Positions 9,286 to 19,537 of a DNA stretch of 64,000 nucleotides are shown here, in pieces (positions within the stretch are counted from its first letter, which is position 1; every line of letters begins with the position of its first letter). Origin of the DNA: Candidatus Siliceabacter maunaloa. Lineage in GTDB: Bacteria > Actinomycetota > Thermoleophilia > Solirubrobacterales > Solirubrobacteraceae. The notes below the pieces were generated by a model, which did no database searches, was not told the DNA's origin, and saw only the letters and a program-made list of their open reading frames with translations. The stretch lies in assembly GCA_024330185.1 (NCBI GenBank), contig JANDLV010000011.1, forward strand, positions 19,081 through 83,080, written 5' to 3'. A program made the translations under genes and the position numbers.

Positions 9286-12200
9286 CTGGAGGACGTCCTG
9301 CCCGCGACAGCGCTGCAGGAGGGGTTCTTCTTCCATGCCCTGGCCGACGAGGACGCCCGGGACGTCTACCTCGTCCAGCAGCGCATCGATCTCGCGGGCC
9401 CGCTCGACGCCGCGGCGCTGCGGGCCGCGGTGCACGACCTGCTCGATCGCCACGCGCTGCTGCGCGCGGCATTTCGTCAGCGCGCCGACGCGCACGTCGT
9501 GCAGCTTATCGGGACGGGGATCGAGGTCCCGTGGCGCGAGGTCGATCTGCGCGGCGAGGATGAGGGCGAGCGCGCGGCTCGCGCCGAGGCGCTGGCGGTG
9601 CAGGAGGGCGCGCAGCGCTTCGACCTCGCTCGCCCGCCGCTGATCCGCTGCACGCTGATCGCGCTGGGCGACGAGCGCCATCGACTGCTCGTCACGCTGC
9701 ACCACATCCTCGCCGACGGCTGGTCGGAGGCGGTCATCGTGCGCGACCTGCTGGCGCTATACGCGCCCGACGGCGAGGCCCCGCCGCTGCCCGCCATCAC
9801 GCCGTACCGCCGCTACTTCGCCTGGCTCGCCGACCAAGACCGCGCCGCGGCCGCCGACGCCTGGCGGGCCGCGCTCGCCGACCTCGACGAGCCGACGCGC
9901 ATAGTGGCCGACGATGCGCCGGCGACCGCGCTGCGCTTCGAGGAGGTCCGCGCCGACCTGTCCGAGGAGCTGACCGCGGGGCTCGTCGCGAGCGTGCGCG
10001 AGCACGGCATCACGCTGAGCACGGCCGTTCAGGGCGCCTGGGGCCTGGCGCTGGGGCACCTCACGGGTCGCGAGGACGTCGTCTTCGGCACGACGGTCTC
10101 CGGCCGTCCGCCGGAGATCGAGGGCATCGAGGAGCTCGCGGGCCTGTTCATCAACACGCTGCCGGTCCGCGTGCGCTGGCGTGCCGGTCAGCCCCTCGGC
10201 GATGTCCTGGTCGAGCATCAGCTCGCGCAGGCCGACCTGCTCGATCACCAGCATCTCGGCCTGGCGGAGATCCAGCGGCTCACCGGGCGTGGCGAGTTGT
10301 TCGACACGCTGCTCGTCTTCGAGAACCAGCCGCCCAGCGACGCGGTCGGCCGCGTCGCGGGCGGCCTCGAGGTCACGGGGTTCCAGACGCTCGACTCCGA
10401 TCACTATCCGCTCGCCTTCGTCGCCACCCCGGGCTCGCGTCTGCGGCTGTTGCTCAAGCACGACGTCGATCGCTTCGCGCCCGAGGAGGCCCGCCGGATC
10501 CTTGCGCGGGTCGTCGCGCTGCTCGAGGCGGTCGTGGCCGATCCGGGACGGCCCGCCGGACGGGTCGACCTGCTGACCGAGGCGGAGCGCGAGCGCTTGC
10601 TGGAGGCCTGGACGGGCCCCAGCCTCGAGGTCGCCCAGCCGACGGTGCACGCGGCGTTCGCCGCGCAGGCGGCGCGGACGCCGGACGCAACGGCGGTCGT
10701 CGACGGCGACGAGGGGCTGACCTACGCGCAGCTCGACCGGCGCGCCGAGGCGCTTGCCGCGCGCCTGCGTGCAGCGGGCGCGGGCCCGGAGCAGGTCGTG
10801 GCGGTCGCGGTTGCGCGGTCGGCGTCGCTGATCGTCGCACTGCTCGGCGTGCTCAAGGCGGGAGCGGCGTACCTGCCCGTCGATCCGTCCCATCCGCCGG
10901 CGCGGCGAGCCTTGGTGGTGGCCGACTCCGGCGCCCGCCTGGTGGTGGCGATGACGGCGGACGCCCCGCAGTTGCCGGAGGTCGAGGGCGTGCGGGTGCT
11001 GGCACTCGACGCCGACGGCGGGCAGCCGGAGCATGTCGAGGGCCCGATTCCGACGGGCGCTGAGGCGCGTGCGCTGAACGCCGCCTACTGCATCCATACG
11101 TCGGGCTCCACGGGGCGGCCCAAGGGCGTCATCGTCAGCCATGGCGCGATCCTCAGCCAGCTCGCGTGGGTGCAGCGCGAGCTGCCCCTCGGCGCCGGCG
11201 ACCGCGTGCTCGCCAAGGCCCCGACGAGCGTCGACGTCAGCCTGCTGGAGACCCTGTGGCCGCTGTGCGCCGGCGCGGCCGTCGCCGTCGCGCCCGCCGA
11301 CGCGCACCACGACCCAGTCGCGTTGGCCGAGCTGGTTCGCGAGCACCGCGTCACGACGATGAGCTTCTCGCCGTCGATGCTCGACGCGTTCCTGCGCGCG
11401 ACCGAGGGTGCGGACGCCGTGGCGAGCCTGCGACACGCCTTCTGCGGCGGCGAGGCGCTGCACGCGGGGCTCGCCGATCGCTGGCGCGACCAGACCGGCG
11501 TCCCGCTGTACAACGCCTACGGACCGACCGAGGCCGCGATCCAGGTCACCTGCTGGGAGCACGCCGGCGGTTGCGCCGACCCCGTGCCGATCGGCCGCCC
11601 GGTGGCCAACACCGGCCTGCGGATCCTCGACGGCGCCCTGCGCCCGGTGTCGCCCGGAACCGCGGGCGAGCTGTACCTCGCCGGCACGCAGCTCGCGCGC
11701 GGCTACCACGGCCGGCCCGACCTGACCGCGCAACGCTTCGTCGCCGACCCCTTCGGCGTGGCCGGCGAGCGGATGTACCGCACGGGCGACGTCGCGCGCG
11801 ACCGCGGAGACGGGGCGATCGAGTACCTGGGGCGCACCGACGACCAGGTCAAGATCCGCGGCAACCGCGTCGAGCCCGGCGAGGTCGAGGCGCTGCTCGT
11901 GCGCGAGGACGGCGTCGCCCAGGCGGCGGCGATCGTGCGCTCCGACGGTCCCGGCGAGGCGCGGCTGGTCGCCTACGTCGCCGCCGTTCCCTGGCGCCGG
12001 CCGGACCCCGAGGAGCTGCGCGCCGCGCTGGCCACGGCGCTGCCCGAGGCGATGGTCCCGGCCGCCGTCGTCGTGCTCGACGAGCTGCCGCTGGCGCCGT
12101 CGGGAAAGGTCGACCGCACGGCGCTGCCGGCGCCGGTCCCCGGGCGCCGCGACCTGCGGGCACCGGCCGACGAGCGTGAGCGGCTGCTGTGCGAGATCTT

Positions 12201-15200
12201 CGCCGCCGTCCTGGGCCTCGACGAGGTCGGTCCCGACGAGGACTTCTTCGTGCTGGGCGGCGACAGCATCCTCTCGATCTCGGTCGCGATCGCCTCGCGC
12301 AAGGCCTGGCTGCAGCTCGCGCCGCGCGACGTGTTCCGCGAGCGCACCCCGGCCGCGCTGGCGCTGCACGCGGCAGCCGCGACACCGGCCGAGGCGCCCG
12401 ACCGCGGGCCGGTTGCCGGCGACGGCGTCGGTCACGTCGTGCCGCTGCCGGTCGTGCACCACCTGCGCGAGAGCGGTGGCCCGATCGGCCGCTTCAACCT
12501 GTCCCTGCTCGTCCAGGCCCCCGTGGGCGCGCGACTCGACGAGCTCGCCGCGGTGCTGCAGGCGGTGCTCGACCATCACGACGCCCTGCGCCTGCGCCTG
12601 AACCGGTTCGCCGGGGTGCTGTGGTCGCTGGAGACGCTCGCGGTCGGCGCGGTGCGGGCGGCCGACCTGCTGCGCCGGGTCCACGTCGACGACAGCGCGC
12701 CGGACGCGCTGCGCGCGGCGATCGCCGCGGAGTCCGACGCGGCGGTCGGCCGGCTGGACCCCGATGCGGGGCGGATCCTCGAGGCGGTGTGGTTCGACAC
12801 CGGCCCGCGGTCGCCCGGCCGGCTGCTGCTGGCGGCTCATCACCTGGCGGTCGACGGCGTGTCGTGGCGGATCCTGCTCGACGATCTCGCCGCCGCCTGG
12901 GACGCGGTGCACGCCGGCGAGCCCCCCGCGCTGGAGCCGGTCATGACGTCGCTGCGCAGGTTCGCGCGCATCGTCGACGAGCAGGCCGGGGCTCCGCAAC
13001 GCCTCGCCGAGCTCGAGCACTGGCGCGCGACGCTCGCACCCGGCGCCGACCTGCGGCCCGGCACGCGCGTCGACGCCACCGCCGCGGACGCCGTCGCGGA
13101 CACGATCGTCCTGTCCGCGCAGGAGACGGCCCCGCTGCTGACGACCGCCCCCGCCGCCGCGGGCGCCGACGTCACCGAGCTGCTGCTCGCGGCGCTGCGC
13201 ATGGCGGTCAGCCGCTGGCAGGCCGGACGCGGAAGCGATGGCGGGGCCGACATCCTCGTCCACCTCGAGCGCCACGGCCGCGAGCCGATCGCGGGGGCCG
13301 ACCTGTCGCGTACGGTGGGCTGGTTCACGACGATCCATCCGGTGCGTCTCGCGGCCGGCGGGGACGCGCTCGAGGTGCTCAGGAGCGTCAAGGAGCGCGT
13401 GCGCCGGGCGCCCGACGGCGGCATCGGCTACGGCATGCTGCGCTACGCCAACGCGCAGGTCGCCCCGTTGCTCGCGCAGGCCGAGCGCCCCCAGATCCTC
13501 TTCAACTACTACGGGCGCTTCCCCGCCGGCCCAGGCGCCGACTGGATGCCGGCGCAGGAGACCGGCGCGCTCACCGTCGCCCCCGACGGCGGGCTGGGCC
13601 TGCCCTACCTGCTGCAGCTCGACGTCGTGTGCGCCGACGAGCCGACCGGTCCGCGCCTGAGCGCGACCTGGACGCGCACGCAGGGCGGGCTGTCCGCGAG
13701 CGACGTGCAGGAGCTGCGCCAGGGCTGGCGCGACGCGCTGTGCGAGCTCGCGGTGCTCGCCGCCGACCGCGTCGCCGGCGGCTTCACGCCGGCGGACCTC
13801 ACCACCGTCTCGCTGACGCAGGAGCAGATCGACCGCGTGCAGCGCGCGAGCCCGTTGGCGATCGAGGACATCTGGCGGCTCTCGCCGCTGCAGGAGGGCC
13901 TGTACTTCCACGCGACGTTCGACGAGGGTGAGCTCGATGTCTACACGGCGCAAACCTCGCTGGACTTCACGGGCGGGATCGACGTCGAGCGCCTGCGCGC
14001 GGCGTGCGCGGCTCTGCTGGCGCGCAACGCGAGCCTGCGGGCGGGGTTCATCAGCGACGGCCTCATCCAGCCCGTCCAGTTCATCGCCCGCGAGCCGCAG
14101 ACGCCGATCGACGTCGTCGACCTCTCCGAGCCCGAGCCGGCGGCGCGGCGGGCGCGGCTGTCGGAGCTGATGTCCGCCGATCGCACGCGCCGCTTCCACC
14201 TCGCGCGCCCCCCGCTGCTGCGCATGCTCGTGGTGCGCCTCGGGGACGGTCGCGACCGGCTCGTGATCACCAACCACCTCGTGCTGTGGGACGGCTGGTC
14301 ACAGGGAACGTTCCGCGATCAGCTGCTCGCGCTCTACGAGCGCGCCGGCGACGACGGCGGGCTCGATCCGCCCGGCTCCTACCGCGACTACCTGGCGTGG
14401 CTGTCCGAGCAGGACGAGGCCCGTGCCGCAAAGGCCTGGCGCGAGGCGCTCGCGGGCATGGCGGAGCCGACGCTCGTCGGGCCGGTCGACCGCACCGCGC
14501 GGGCGATGATCCCCCAGAGTTGCCGCGTGACGCTGTCGCGCGAGCTCAGCGAGCGGCTGCGTCGCCAGGCTGGGCGCCACGGGGTGACGCTGAACACCGT
14601 GCTGACCGCGGCCTGGGGACTCGTGCTGTCCAGCGAGCTCGGGCGCGACGACGTCGTCTTCGGCGTGACCGTGACCGAGCGCCCCGCGGAGGTCTCCGGC
14701 GTCCAGGACACGATCGGGATGTTCATCAACACCGTGGCGGTGCGGGTGAGGCTCGACCCGCGCGAGCCGGTGGGCGAACTGCTGGGGCGCCTGCAGTCCG
14801 AGCGCGCGGCGCTGATGGAGCACGACCATCTGGGGCTCGGGGCCGTCCAGCGCGAGACCGGCCACGCGCAGCTGTTCGACACGCTGTACGTGCTGCAGAG
14901 CTTCGCCGGCGGCGACGACGAGGCGCTCGCCGAGGTGCGCGAGCGCCACGGCGTCGACGTCGTCGACTCCGTCGACGCGACCCACTATCCGCTGACCCTG
15001 GTCGTGACCCCGGGCTCGCGCCTGCGCGTGATGCTCGACCACCGGCAGGACCTCTTCGACCGCGAGGCCGCCGAGACGCTCGTGGCGCGCTTTGCGACCG
15101 TGCTCGAGCAGCTCGCCGGCGATCCGTGCGCGCTCGTCGGCAGTCTCGATCTGCTGGCGCCCGCCGAGCACCGGCGGCTGGAGGCGCGAACCGGCACGAC

Positions 15201-17070
15201 CGGTCACGAGCTCGGCCGGGACACCGTCGCCGACCTGCTCGACGCGCAGTCGCTGCGCACACCCGGCGCGACCGCGCTCGTGTGCGGTGACGAGTCGCTG
15301 ACCTCCGAGCAGCTGGCGGGGCGAATCCATCGCCTCACGCGCCTGCTGCTCACCCGTGGCGTGGGGCCCGAGGATGTCGTCGCGCTCGCGCTGCCGCGCT
15401 CGACGGACATGGTCGTCGCGCTGTTCGCCGTGCTCGCGACGGGCGCCGCCTACCTGCCGCTGGACCTCGACCACCCTGCCCAGCGACTCGAGCTCATGCT
15501 GCAGGACGCGGTGCCCGTCCTCCTGCTGTCCACCGCGAGCAGGGCTTCGTCGCTGCCGGCGGCCGGCGTCGAGCGCCTGCTGCTCGACGAGGCAGAGGTC
15601 CTCGGCGAGCTGGACGCGCTGCCCGGCGGGACGCTCGCGGACGCCGAGCGACCCGCGTTCGCGCGCTCGCTGGCCCATCGCCTCGGGCACGTGGCCTACG
15701 TGATCTACACCTCCGGCTCCACCGGGCGGCCGAAGGGCGTCGCGACGGCGCACCGCGGGCTGACGAACATGCAGCTCAACCACCGTCGCGAGATCTTCGC
15801 CCCGGTCGTCGCGGCCGCCGGCGGGCGGCGCCTGCGGATCGCACACACGGTCTCGTTCTCGTTCGACATGTCGTGGGAGGAGCTGCTGTGGCTCGTCGAG
15901 GGCCACGAGCTGCACGTCTGCGACGAAATCCTGCGCCGCGACGCCGAGGAGCTGGTCGCCTACTGCGCGCGCCACCGCATCGACGTCGTCAACGTCACGC
16001 CGACCTACGCGCACCACCTCATCCAGCAGGGCTTGCTCGAGGGCGAGGTCGATCGCGCGCACCCCCGTCCGGCCCTCGTCCTGCTCGGAGGCGAGGCGGT
16101 GCCCGACAGCGTCTGGTCGCAGCTGCGCGACACCGGCGGCACGCTGGGCTACAACCTCTACGGGCCGACGGAGTACACGATCAACGCGCTCGGCGCCGGG
16201 ACCGCCGACAGCGCCTCGCCGACGATCGGGCGGCCGATCCGCAACACGCGCGCCTACGTGCTCGACGGCTGCCTGCGGCGCGCGCCGATCGGCACCCCGG
16301 GCGAGCTGTACATCGCCGGGGTGGGGCTCGCGCGGGGCTACCACGGCAGCTTCGACCGCACGGCCGAGCGCTTCGTCGCCGACCCGCTCGCAACGGAGAC
16401 CGGCGCGCGGATGTACCGCACGGGCGACCTCGTGCGCCTGCGCGCCGACGGCACCATCGATTTCCTGGGCCGCACCGACGACCAGGTGAAGATCCGCGGC
16501 CATCGCGTCGAGCTGGGCGAGATCGAAGCCGTGCTCGACGCGCATCCGGACGTCGCGCACGCGGCCGTGATCGCCGACGGCGACGCCCCCGGATCGATCA
16601 AACGTCTCGTCGCGTACGTCGTCGCCCAAGCCGGCGCCTGGGACGACGACGAGGCCGCCACGGGCCGTCTGCGCGCCCACCTCAAGGATCGGCTGCCCGA
16701 CTACATGGTGCCGGCGGCGCTGATGGCGGTCGACGAGCTGCCGCTGACCGTCAACGGCAAGCTCGACATCGCCGCGCTCCCCGCCGCGACGATCGTCGCC
16801 GACAGCTCCGGGCGTGCCCCCACGACGCGCGAGGAGGAGGTGCTCAGCGAGCTGTTCACCGACGTGCTCGAGCTCGGCCACGTGGGACTCGACGACGGCT
16901 TCTTCGACTTCGGCGGACACTCGCTGCTGGCGATCCTGCTCGTCGGGCGCGCGCGCACCGCGCTGGATGTCGCGCTGACGGTGCGCGACCTCTTCGAGGC
17001 GCCGACGGTCGCGGGACTCGCCGCACGCGTCGCGGCGCGCAGGGCCGACGGCGGGGCGCAGAGCTCGTGA
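5398..17070 (+). CDS. non-ribosomal peptide synthetase, 3 modules: (C-terminal half of C)-A-T-E-C-A-T-E-C-A-T
   Basis: 3890-aa ORF. Three adenylation cores [10 protein letters not shown] start at nt 6526, 11098 and 15709. The PCP serines are GGDS at 7678, GGDS at 12265 and GGHS at 16921. Epimerase HHxxxDG motifs are at 8221 and 12838. Condensation motifs are HHILADG at 9700 and NHLVLWDG at 14272. The protein ends 48 aa after the last PCP serine. Confidence 0.97.
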   Translation: MAQFLTTDPSDPSSAQQPVPELRRRTVSLSAPGAAALDAAAQRFATRPACIVAAAVAVYVSRIAGLTDVALGLADDAGDGVRTLRVTVRPQTTVDELIAAVARAAADPNARAGEVAGPIVALVLADDKPRFGHHTAAVGDPPTGPLDDLSVAVRAGRLPAAATLELCADAEVVGADELADHERRLLGVLDAVTGTGGIVVGSIELLSPDERRTVRQLSGPPQRAVDELTWTAAFERRAALDPEAVAVVCEDVELTYGQLAEHARGLARTLLARGVGHEDVVAVAVPRSVEMVVALLGVMQAGAAYLPLDLDHPPDRVAFMLRDSGARIVVTVSELAGDLPAVDGLQALLLDDLPEGDENLDLPGPLVLEQAAYVIYTSGSTGRPKGVVVSHEGIGSLIATAIDRLGVDARSRVAQFASIGFDVAVWDLCMTLGVGGRAVVVPDSRRVAGAPLTDYLVEQRVTHMILPPSLVAALPPDCPLPQGAVLVVGTETVQTELVTRWSQRLRVFAAYGLTEATVNSTLWPAQPGWDEPVPIGRPDPNTRAYVLDTALRPTAVGVTGELYVGGRGLARGYLGRTGLSSQRFVADPHGPPGSRMYRTGDGARWRADGSLDFLGRTDGQVKIRGHRIEPGEIEAVLMRHPGVAQAAVIAREDPPDKKRLIGYVVCGGDPLDAAALRARVAHQLPEHMVPSAVVVLDGPLPLTPNGKLDRAALPAPDFTALTGGAEPRTPAERTLAALFAQTLGLPRVGVHDDFFALGGDSIVAIGLVSRARQAGLVLRPRDVFERRTVAALAAVAQQRQARSVDPRDGLGRVAPTPIMHWLRELGGAIGGFYQSLLLQAPDGLGRERLEAVLQALLDHHDLLRARLRRDDGWSLEVPAPGTVRAADLVAIVHVGDGGLRDAIAEQTERAAARLDPDGGRMVQVVWLHAGPSQPGRVLLLVHHSVVDGVSLRILMTDLADAWEAIAAGRAACPNAVETSFRRWSELLSQTGRSGARAGERELWLQAANASDPLLGARRLDPGRDVVGSSRTLTVSLPAEQTATLLTTVPALYGATVNDVLLTALAVAVGRWREQRGRRTTPEVVVDLEGHGREDVFDDVDLARTVGWFTTLFPVRLDPGAVDWEALCRGKPAAGHALRRVKEQLRSLPDRGLGYGILRHLDPGAREQLAAAPAPQMLFNYLGRFAVQDGTPWTPAPEAPPLGDVRDPQMPMGHVLDVDAVVSDDDDGPRLSTVFAWPREVFSEAEIAALGELWLEALAGLHAHAGEPGAGGHTPSDFPLVTLDQAELDGFAASVTELEDVLPATALQEGFFFHALADEDARDVYLVQQRIDLAGPLDAAALRAAVHDLLDRHALLRAAFRQRADAHVVQLIGTGIEVPWREVDLRGEDEGERAARAEALAVQEGAQRFDLARPPLIRCTLIALGDERHRLLVTLHHILADGWSEAVIVRDLLALYAPDGEAPPLPAITPYRRYFAWLADQDRAAAADAWRAALADLDEPTRIVADDAPATALRFEEVRADLSEELTAGLVASVREHGITLSTAVQGAWGLALGHLTGREDVVFGTTVSGRPPEIEGIEELAGLFINTLPVRVRWRAGQPLGDVLVEHQLAQADLLDHQHLGLAEIQRLTGRGELFDTLLVFENQPPSDAVGRVAGGLEVTGFQTLDSDHYPLAFVATPGSRLRLLLKHDVDRFAPEEARRILARVVALLEAVVADPGRPAGRVDLLTEAERERLLEAWTGPSLEVAQPTVHAAFAAQAARTPDATAVVDGDEGLTYAQLDRRAEALAARLRAAGAGPEQVVAVAVARSASLIVALLGVLKAGAAYLPVDPSHPPARRALVVADSGARLVVAMTADAPQLPEVEGVRVLALDADGGQPEHVEGPIPTGAEARALNAAYCIHTSGSTGRPKGVIVSHGAILSQLAWVQRELPLGAGDRVLAKAPTSVDVSLLETLWPLCAGAAVAVAPADAHHDPVALAELVREHRVTTMSFSPSMLDAFLRATEGADAVASLRHAFCGGEALHAGLADRWRDQTGVPLYNAYGPTEAAIQVTCWEHAGGCADPVPIGRPVANTGLRILDGALRPVSPGTAGELYLAGTQLARGYHGRPDLTAQRFVADPFGVAGERMYRTGDVARDRGDGAIEYLGRTDDQVKIRGNRVEPGEVEALLVREDGVAQAAAIVRSDGPGEARLVAYVAAVPWRRPDPEELRAALATALPEAMVPAAVVVLDELPLAPSGKVDRTALPAPVPGRRDLRAPADERERLLCEIFAAVLGLDEVGPDEDFFVLGGDSILSISVAIASRKAWLQLAPRDVFRERTPAALALHAAAATPAEAPDRGPVAGDGVGHVVPLPVVHHLRESGGPIGRFNLSLLVQAPVGARLDELAAVLQAVLDHHDALRLRLNRFAGVLWSLETLAVGAVRAADLLRRVHVDDSAPDALRAAIAAESDAAVGRLDPDAGRILEAVWFDTGPRSPGRLLLAAHHLAVDGVSWRILLDDLAAAWDAVHAGEPPALEPVMTSLRRFARIVDEQAGAPQRLAELEHWRATLAPGADLRPGTRVDATAADAVADTIVLSAQETAPLLTTAPAAAGADVTELLLAALRMAVSRWQAGRGSDGGADILVHLERHGREPIAGADLSRTVGWFTTIHPVRLAAGGDALEVLRSVKERVRRAPDGGIGYGMLRYANAQVAPLLAQAERPQILFNYYGRFPAGPGADWMPAQETGALTVAPDGGLGLPYLLQLDVVCADEPTGPRLSATWTRTQGGLSASDVQELRQGWRDALCELAVLAADRVAGGFTPADLTTVSLTQEQIDRVQRASPLAIEDIWRLSPLQEGLYFHATFDEGELDVYTAQTSLDFTGGIDVERLRAACAALLARNASLRAGFISDGLIQPVQFIAREPQTPIDVVDLSEPEPAARRARLSELMSADRTRRFHLARPPLLRMLVVRLGDGRDRLVITNHLVLWDGWSQGTFRDQLLALYERAGDDGGLDPPGSYRDYLAWLSEQDEARAAKAWREALAGMAEPTLVGPVDRTARAMIPQSCRVTLSRELSERLRRQAGRHGVTLNTVLTAAWGLVLSSELGRDDVVFGVTVTERPAEVSGVQDTIGMFINTVAVRVRLDPREPVGELLGRLQSERAALMEHDHLGLGAVQRETGHAQLFDTLYVLQSFAGGDDEALAEVRERHGVDVVDSVDATHYPLTLVVTPGSRLRVMLDHRQDLFDREAAETLVARFATVLEQLAGDPCALVGSLDLLAPAEHRRLEARTGTTGHELGRDTVADLLDAQSLRTPGATALVCGDESLTSEQLAGRIHRLTRLLLTRGVGPEDVVALALPRSTDMVVALFAVLATGAAYLPLDLDHPAQRLELMLQDAVPVLLLSTASRASSLPAAGVERLLLDEAEVLGELDALPGGTLADAERPAFARSLAHRLGHVAYVIYTSGSTGRPKGVATAHRGLTNMQLNHRREIFAPVVAAAGGRRLRIAHTVSFSFDMSWEELLWLVEGHELHVCDEILRRDAEELVAYCARHRIDVVNVTPTYAHHLIQQGLLEGEVDRAHPRPALVLLGGEAVPDSVWSQLRDTGGTLGYNLYGPTEYTINALGAGTADSASPTIGRPIRNTRAYVLDGCLRRAPIGTPGELYIAGVGLARGYHGSFDRTAERFVADPLATETGARMYRTGDLVRLRADGTIDFLGRTDDQVKIRGHRVELGEIEAVLDAHPDVAHAAVIADGDAPGSIKRLVAYVVAQAGAWDDDEAATGRLRAHLKDRLPDYMVPAALMAVDELPLTVNGKLDIAALPAATIVADSSGRAPTTREEEVLSELFTDVLELGHVGLDDGFFDFGGHSLLAILLVGRARTALDVALTVRDLFEAPTVAGLAARVAARRADGGAQSS
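9286..13860 (+). other. NRPS module 2: C2 (DCL-like, His1435-1436), A2, T2 (Ser2290), E2 (His2481-2482)
   Basis: [51 protein letters not shown] and HHLAVDGVS appear in that order. Confidence 0.8.
13861..17067 (+). other. NRPS module 3: C3 (Asn2959-His2960), A3 (hOrn-type code), T3 (Ser3842)
   Basis: [47 protein letters not shown] and FFDFGGHS are present. No TE, R or terminal C domain follows. Confidence 0.8.
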
Positions 17071-17843
17071 GCGCCGCCGAGCTCGACCGGTGGGTCCGCC
17101 GCCACCGGCCCGCTTCTGCGGGCCGGCGGCCGCTCGTCTGCTTCCCGCCGGCCGGCGCCGCTGCGAGCTTCTTCCTCGAACTCGCCGCCGCCGCCCCCGC
17201 GGGCGTCGATCCCTGGGCGCTCGTCTACCCGGGCCGCGAGGTCCGCATCCCCGAGCCGCCGCTGACGGAGATGACCCAGCTCGCGAACGCCGTCGCGTCC
17301 GTGCTGGCGCCGACGCTCGACGAGCCTGCGATCCTGCTCGGCCACAGCATGGGCGCGTCCGTCGCCTTCGAGGCCGCACGCGAGCTGGACCGCCTGCGGC
17401 CCGGCTGCGTCGTGCACCTCATCGTCTCCGGTCGCGCCGGCCCGGCCGGCGGCGGGCCGCGCCCGCCCGTCGCGCCGCCGACCGACGAGGAGCTCGTCGC
17501 CGGGCTGCGTATGCTCGGCGGCACGCCGCCGGAGATCTTCGACTCGCCCGACATGCTCGAGCTGCTGCTGCCGCCGATGCGCCACGACTACGACCTGCTC
17601 GCGCGCTACCAGCCGCGCTGGCTGCCGCCGCTGGCGATCCCGATGACCGCGCTGGTCGGCGACGCGGATCCGACAGTCGGCATCGACGCGGTGCGTGCGT
17701 GGAGCGAGGTCTGCGACGCGGCCTTCACGGCCCGTGAGGTCGGGGGAGGCCACTTCTACCTGCAATCGAGCGCCGACGAGGCGGCGTACGCCGTCGCCGA
17801 CGCGCTCGCCGGCGCCGACGTCCTCGCAGCCGAAGGCGCGTGA
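17067..17843 (+). CDS. type II thioesterase (alpha/beta hydrolase)
   Basis: GTG 17067 overlaps the NRPS TGA (GTGA). Motifs: [14 protein letters not shown], the GHSMGA nucleophile elbow, and GGHFYL near the C-terminus. Confidence 0.85.
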   Translation: MSAAELDRWVRRHRPASAGRRPLVCFPPAGAAASFFLELAAAAPAGVDPWALVYPGREVRIPEPPLTEMTQLANAVASVLAPTLDEPAILLGHSMGASVAFEAARELDRLRPGCVVHLIVSGRAGPAGGGPRPPVAPPTDEELVAGLRMLGGTPPEIFDSPDMLELLLPPMRHDYDLLARYQPRWLPPLAIPMTALVGDADPTVGIDAVRAWSEVCDAAFTAREVGGGHFYLQSSADEAAYAVADALAGADVLAAEGA

Positions 17844-19537
17844 GCCCCGGCGCGCTGCGCATCGCGCACGGCGGGGTGCTGCGCGGCGCGATCTGGGGTC
17901 AGCGGCGGCGCGTCGCGATCGGTTCGGCGCTGCTGATCGCCCACCAGGCCGGCGAGGCGATGGTGCCCGTCATCGTGGGCGCGACGATCGATCGCGCGAT
18001 CGTCACCGGCGACGCCGGTGCGCTCGGGGTCTGGCTGGGTGTGCTCGCCGTGACGTTCGCGGTGCTGTCGGTCTCCTACCGCTTCGGCGACCGCTTCGTC
18101 GAGCGTGCATCGCAGACCGCGGCGCACGACCTGCGACTCGCGCTCACGCGCCGCATCCTGCATCCCCGCGGCGGCGCCGCGGAGGGCCGGCCGTCCGGCG
18201 GGCTGCTGAGCATCGCCACCTCCGACGCCTCGCGCGTCGGCGAGGTCAACGTCGTCATCGGCGTCGGCGCCTCGGCCGTCGCCGGGATCACGGTCGCCGC
18301 TGCCGCGCTGCTGCAGATCTCGCTCGTGCTCGGGGCGCTCGTGCTCGTCGGGCTGCCGCCGCTGCTCGTGCTCATCCACCTGCTCGGACGCCCGCTCGTC
18401 CGGCGCGCGGCCTCCGAGCAGGCCGAGGCGGCCGGCGCGACCGGCGTCGCCGCAGATCTCATCGCCGGGCTGCGCGTGCTGAAGGGGATCGGCGCCGAGT
18501 CCGCGGCGATCGAGCGCTACCGCGACTCGAGCCGCCGGTCTCTGGCCGCCACGCTGCGCGCGGCGGGCGCCGAGGCCACCGTCGCGGGCGTCGGCATCCT
18601 GCTGACCGGTGCCTTCCTCGCCCTCGTCGCGCTGATCGGCGGGCGCCTGGTCGCCGACGGGAGGATCGAGCTCGGCGAGTTCATCGCAGCCGTCGGGCTG
18701 ACGGGCTTCCTGACCGGCCCGCTCTCGTTGAGCTCGTACGTCGTCTTGGACCTCGCGCGGGGGCGCGCCTCGGCCGGCCGCGTCGCCGGACTGCTCGACA
18801 GCCCCGTGGCCGTGACGGGAGGAACGCGGGCGCCGTCGCCGCCGCCGGCCGGGGCCGTCGCGCTGCGAGACGTGCGCCATCGCGGGCTGGACGGGCTGAA
18901 CCTCGAGATCAGCGCCGGCGAGCACGCCGCGATCGTCGCGACCGACGCCGCCGACGGCGCCGCGCTCGTCGAGCTGCTGGCCCGCGCGGCGGACCCCCAG
19001 GCGGGCTCGGTGCAGCTCGACGGCGTCGCCTACACCGAGCTCGATCCCGACCTGCTGCGCGCCGTCGTGCGCGTCTCCGCCCACGACGCCGAGCTGTTCG
19101 ACGGCAGCCTGAGCGACAACCTGCGCGCCGCGGCGCCCGGGGAGCGCGTCGACGCCGCGCTCGTCGCGGCCGACGTGGCGGACGTCGTGGCGGCCCTGCC
19201 CGGCGGGCTGGACGCCACGCTGGGCGAGCGCGGGCGCTCGCTGTCGGGAGGCCAGCGCCAGCGCGTCGCGCTCGCGCGCGCGCTGGCCGCCGACGCCGCG
19301 GTGCTCGTCCTGCACGACCCCACGACCGCGGTCGACGCGGTGACCGAGGCGCGCATCGCCGCGCGCGTCCGTGACCTGCGTGCCGGGCAGACGACGATCG
19401 TCGTCACGAGCAGCCCGGCCCTGCTCGCCGCGGCCGATCGCGTCGTGCTGCTCGCCGGCGGGCGGGCCGGCGCGACCGGCTCGCACATGCAGCTGATGCA
19501 TCGGGACGCCCATTACCGCGCGGCGGTGCTCGCGTGA
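17840..19537 (+). CDS. ABC transporter permease/ATPase fusion (exporter fold) with degenerate NBD
   Basis: 565 aa with an N-terminal 6-TM domain. The signature [15 protein letters not shown] is intact. Walker A is replaced by [13 protein letters not shown] (nt 18932-18970), Walker B reads VLVLHDPT, and the H-loop His is absent. The start overlaps the thioesterase stop. Confidence 0.85.
   Translation: MSPGALRIAHGGVLRGAIWGQRRRVAIGSALLIAHQAGEAMVPVIVGATIDRAIVTGDAGALGVWLGVLAVTFAVLSVSYRFGDRFVERASQTAAHDLRLALTRRILHPRGGAAEGRPSGGLLSIATSDASRVGEVNVVIGVGASAVAGITVAAAALLQISLVLGALVLVGLPPLLVLIHLLGRPLVRRAASEQAEAAGATGVAADLIAGLRVLKGIGAESAAIERYRDSSRRSLAATLRAAGAEATVAGVGILLTGAFLALVALIGGRLVADGRIELGEFIAAVGLTGFLTGPLSLSSYVVLDLARGRASAGRVAGLLDSPVAVTGGTRAPSPPPAGAVALRDVRHRGLDGLNLEISAGEHAAIVATDAADGAALVELLARAADPQAGSVQLDGVAYTELDPDLLRAVVRVSAHDAELFDGSLSDNLRAAAPGERVDAALVAADVADVVAALPGGLDATLGERGRSLSGGQRQRVALARALAADAAVLVLHDPTTAVDAVTEARIAARVRDLRAGQTTIVVTSSPALLAAADRVVLLAGGRAGATGSHMQLMHRDAHYRAAVLA

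Noticed and set aside
16924-17070. Terminal thioesterase, reductase or condensation release domain in the NRPS
   Set aside because: Only 48 residues follow the last PCP serine. There is no GxSxG, no Rossmann motif and no HHxxxDG.
7135-17379. Very long minus-strand ORFs (7135..9705, 9757..14277, 14299..17379) antisense to the NRPS
   Set aside because: Their translations are Arg/Gly/Ala/Pro/Asp-rich low-complexity strings with no motifs. The plus strand carries a complete, ordered set of NRPS core motifs. Long antisense open frames are expected at this GC content.
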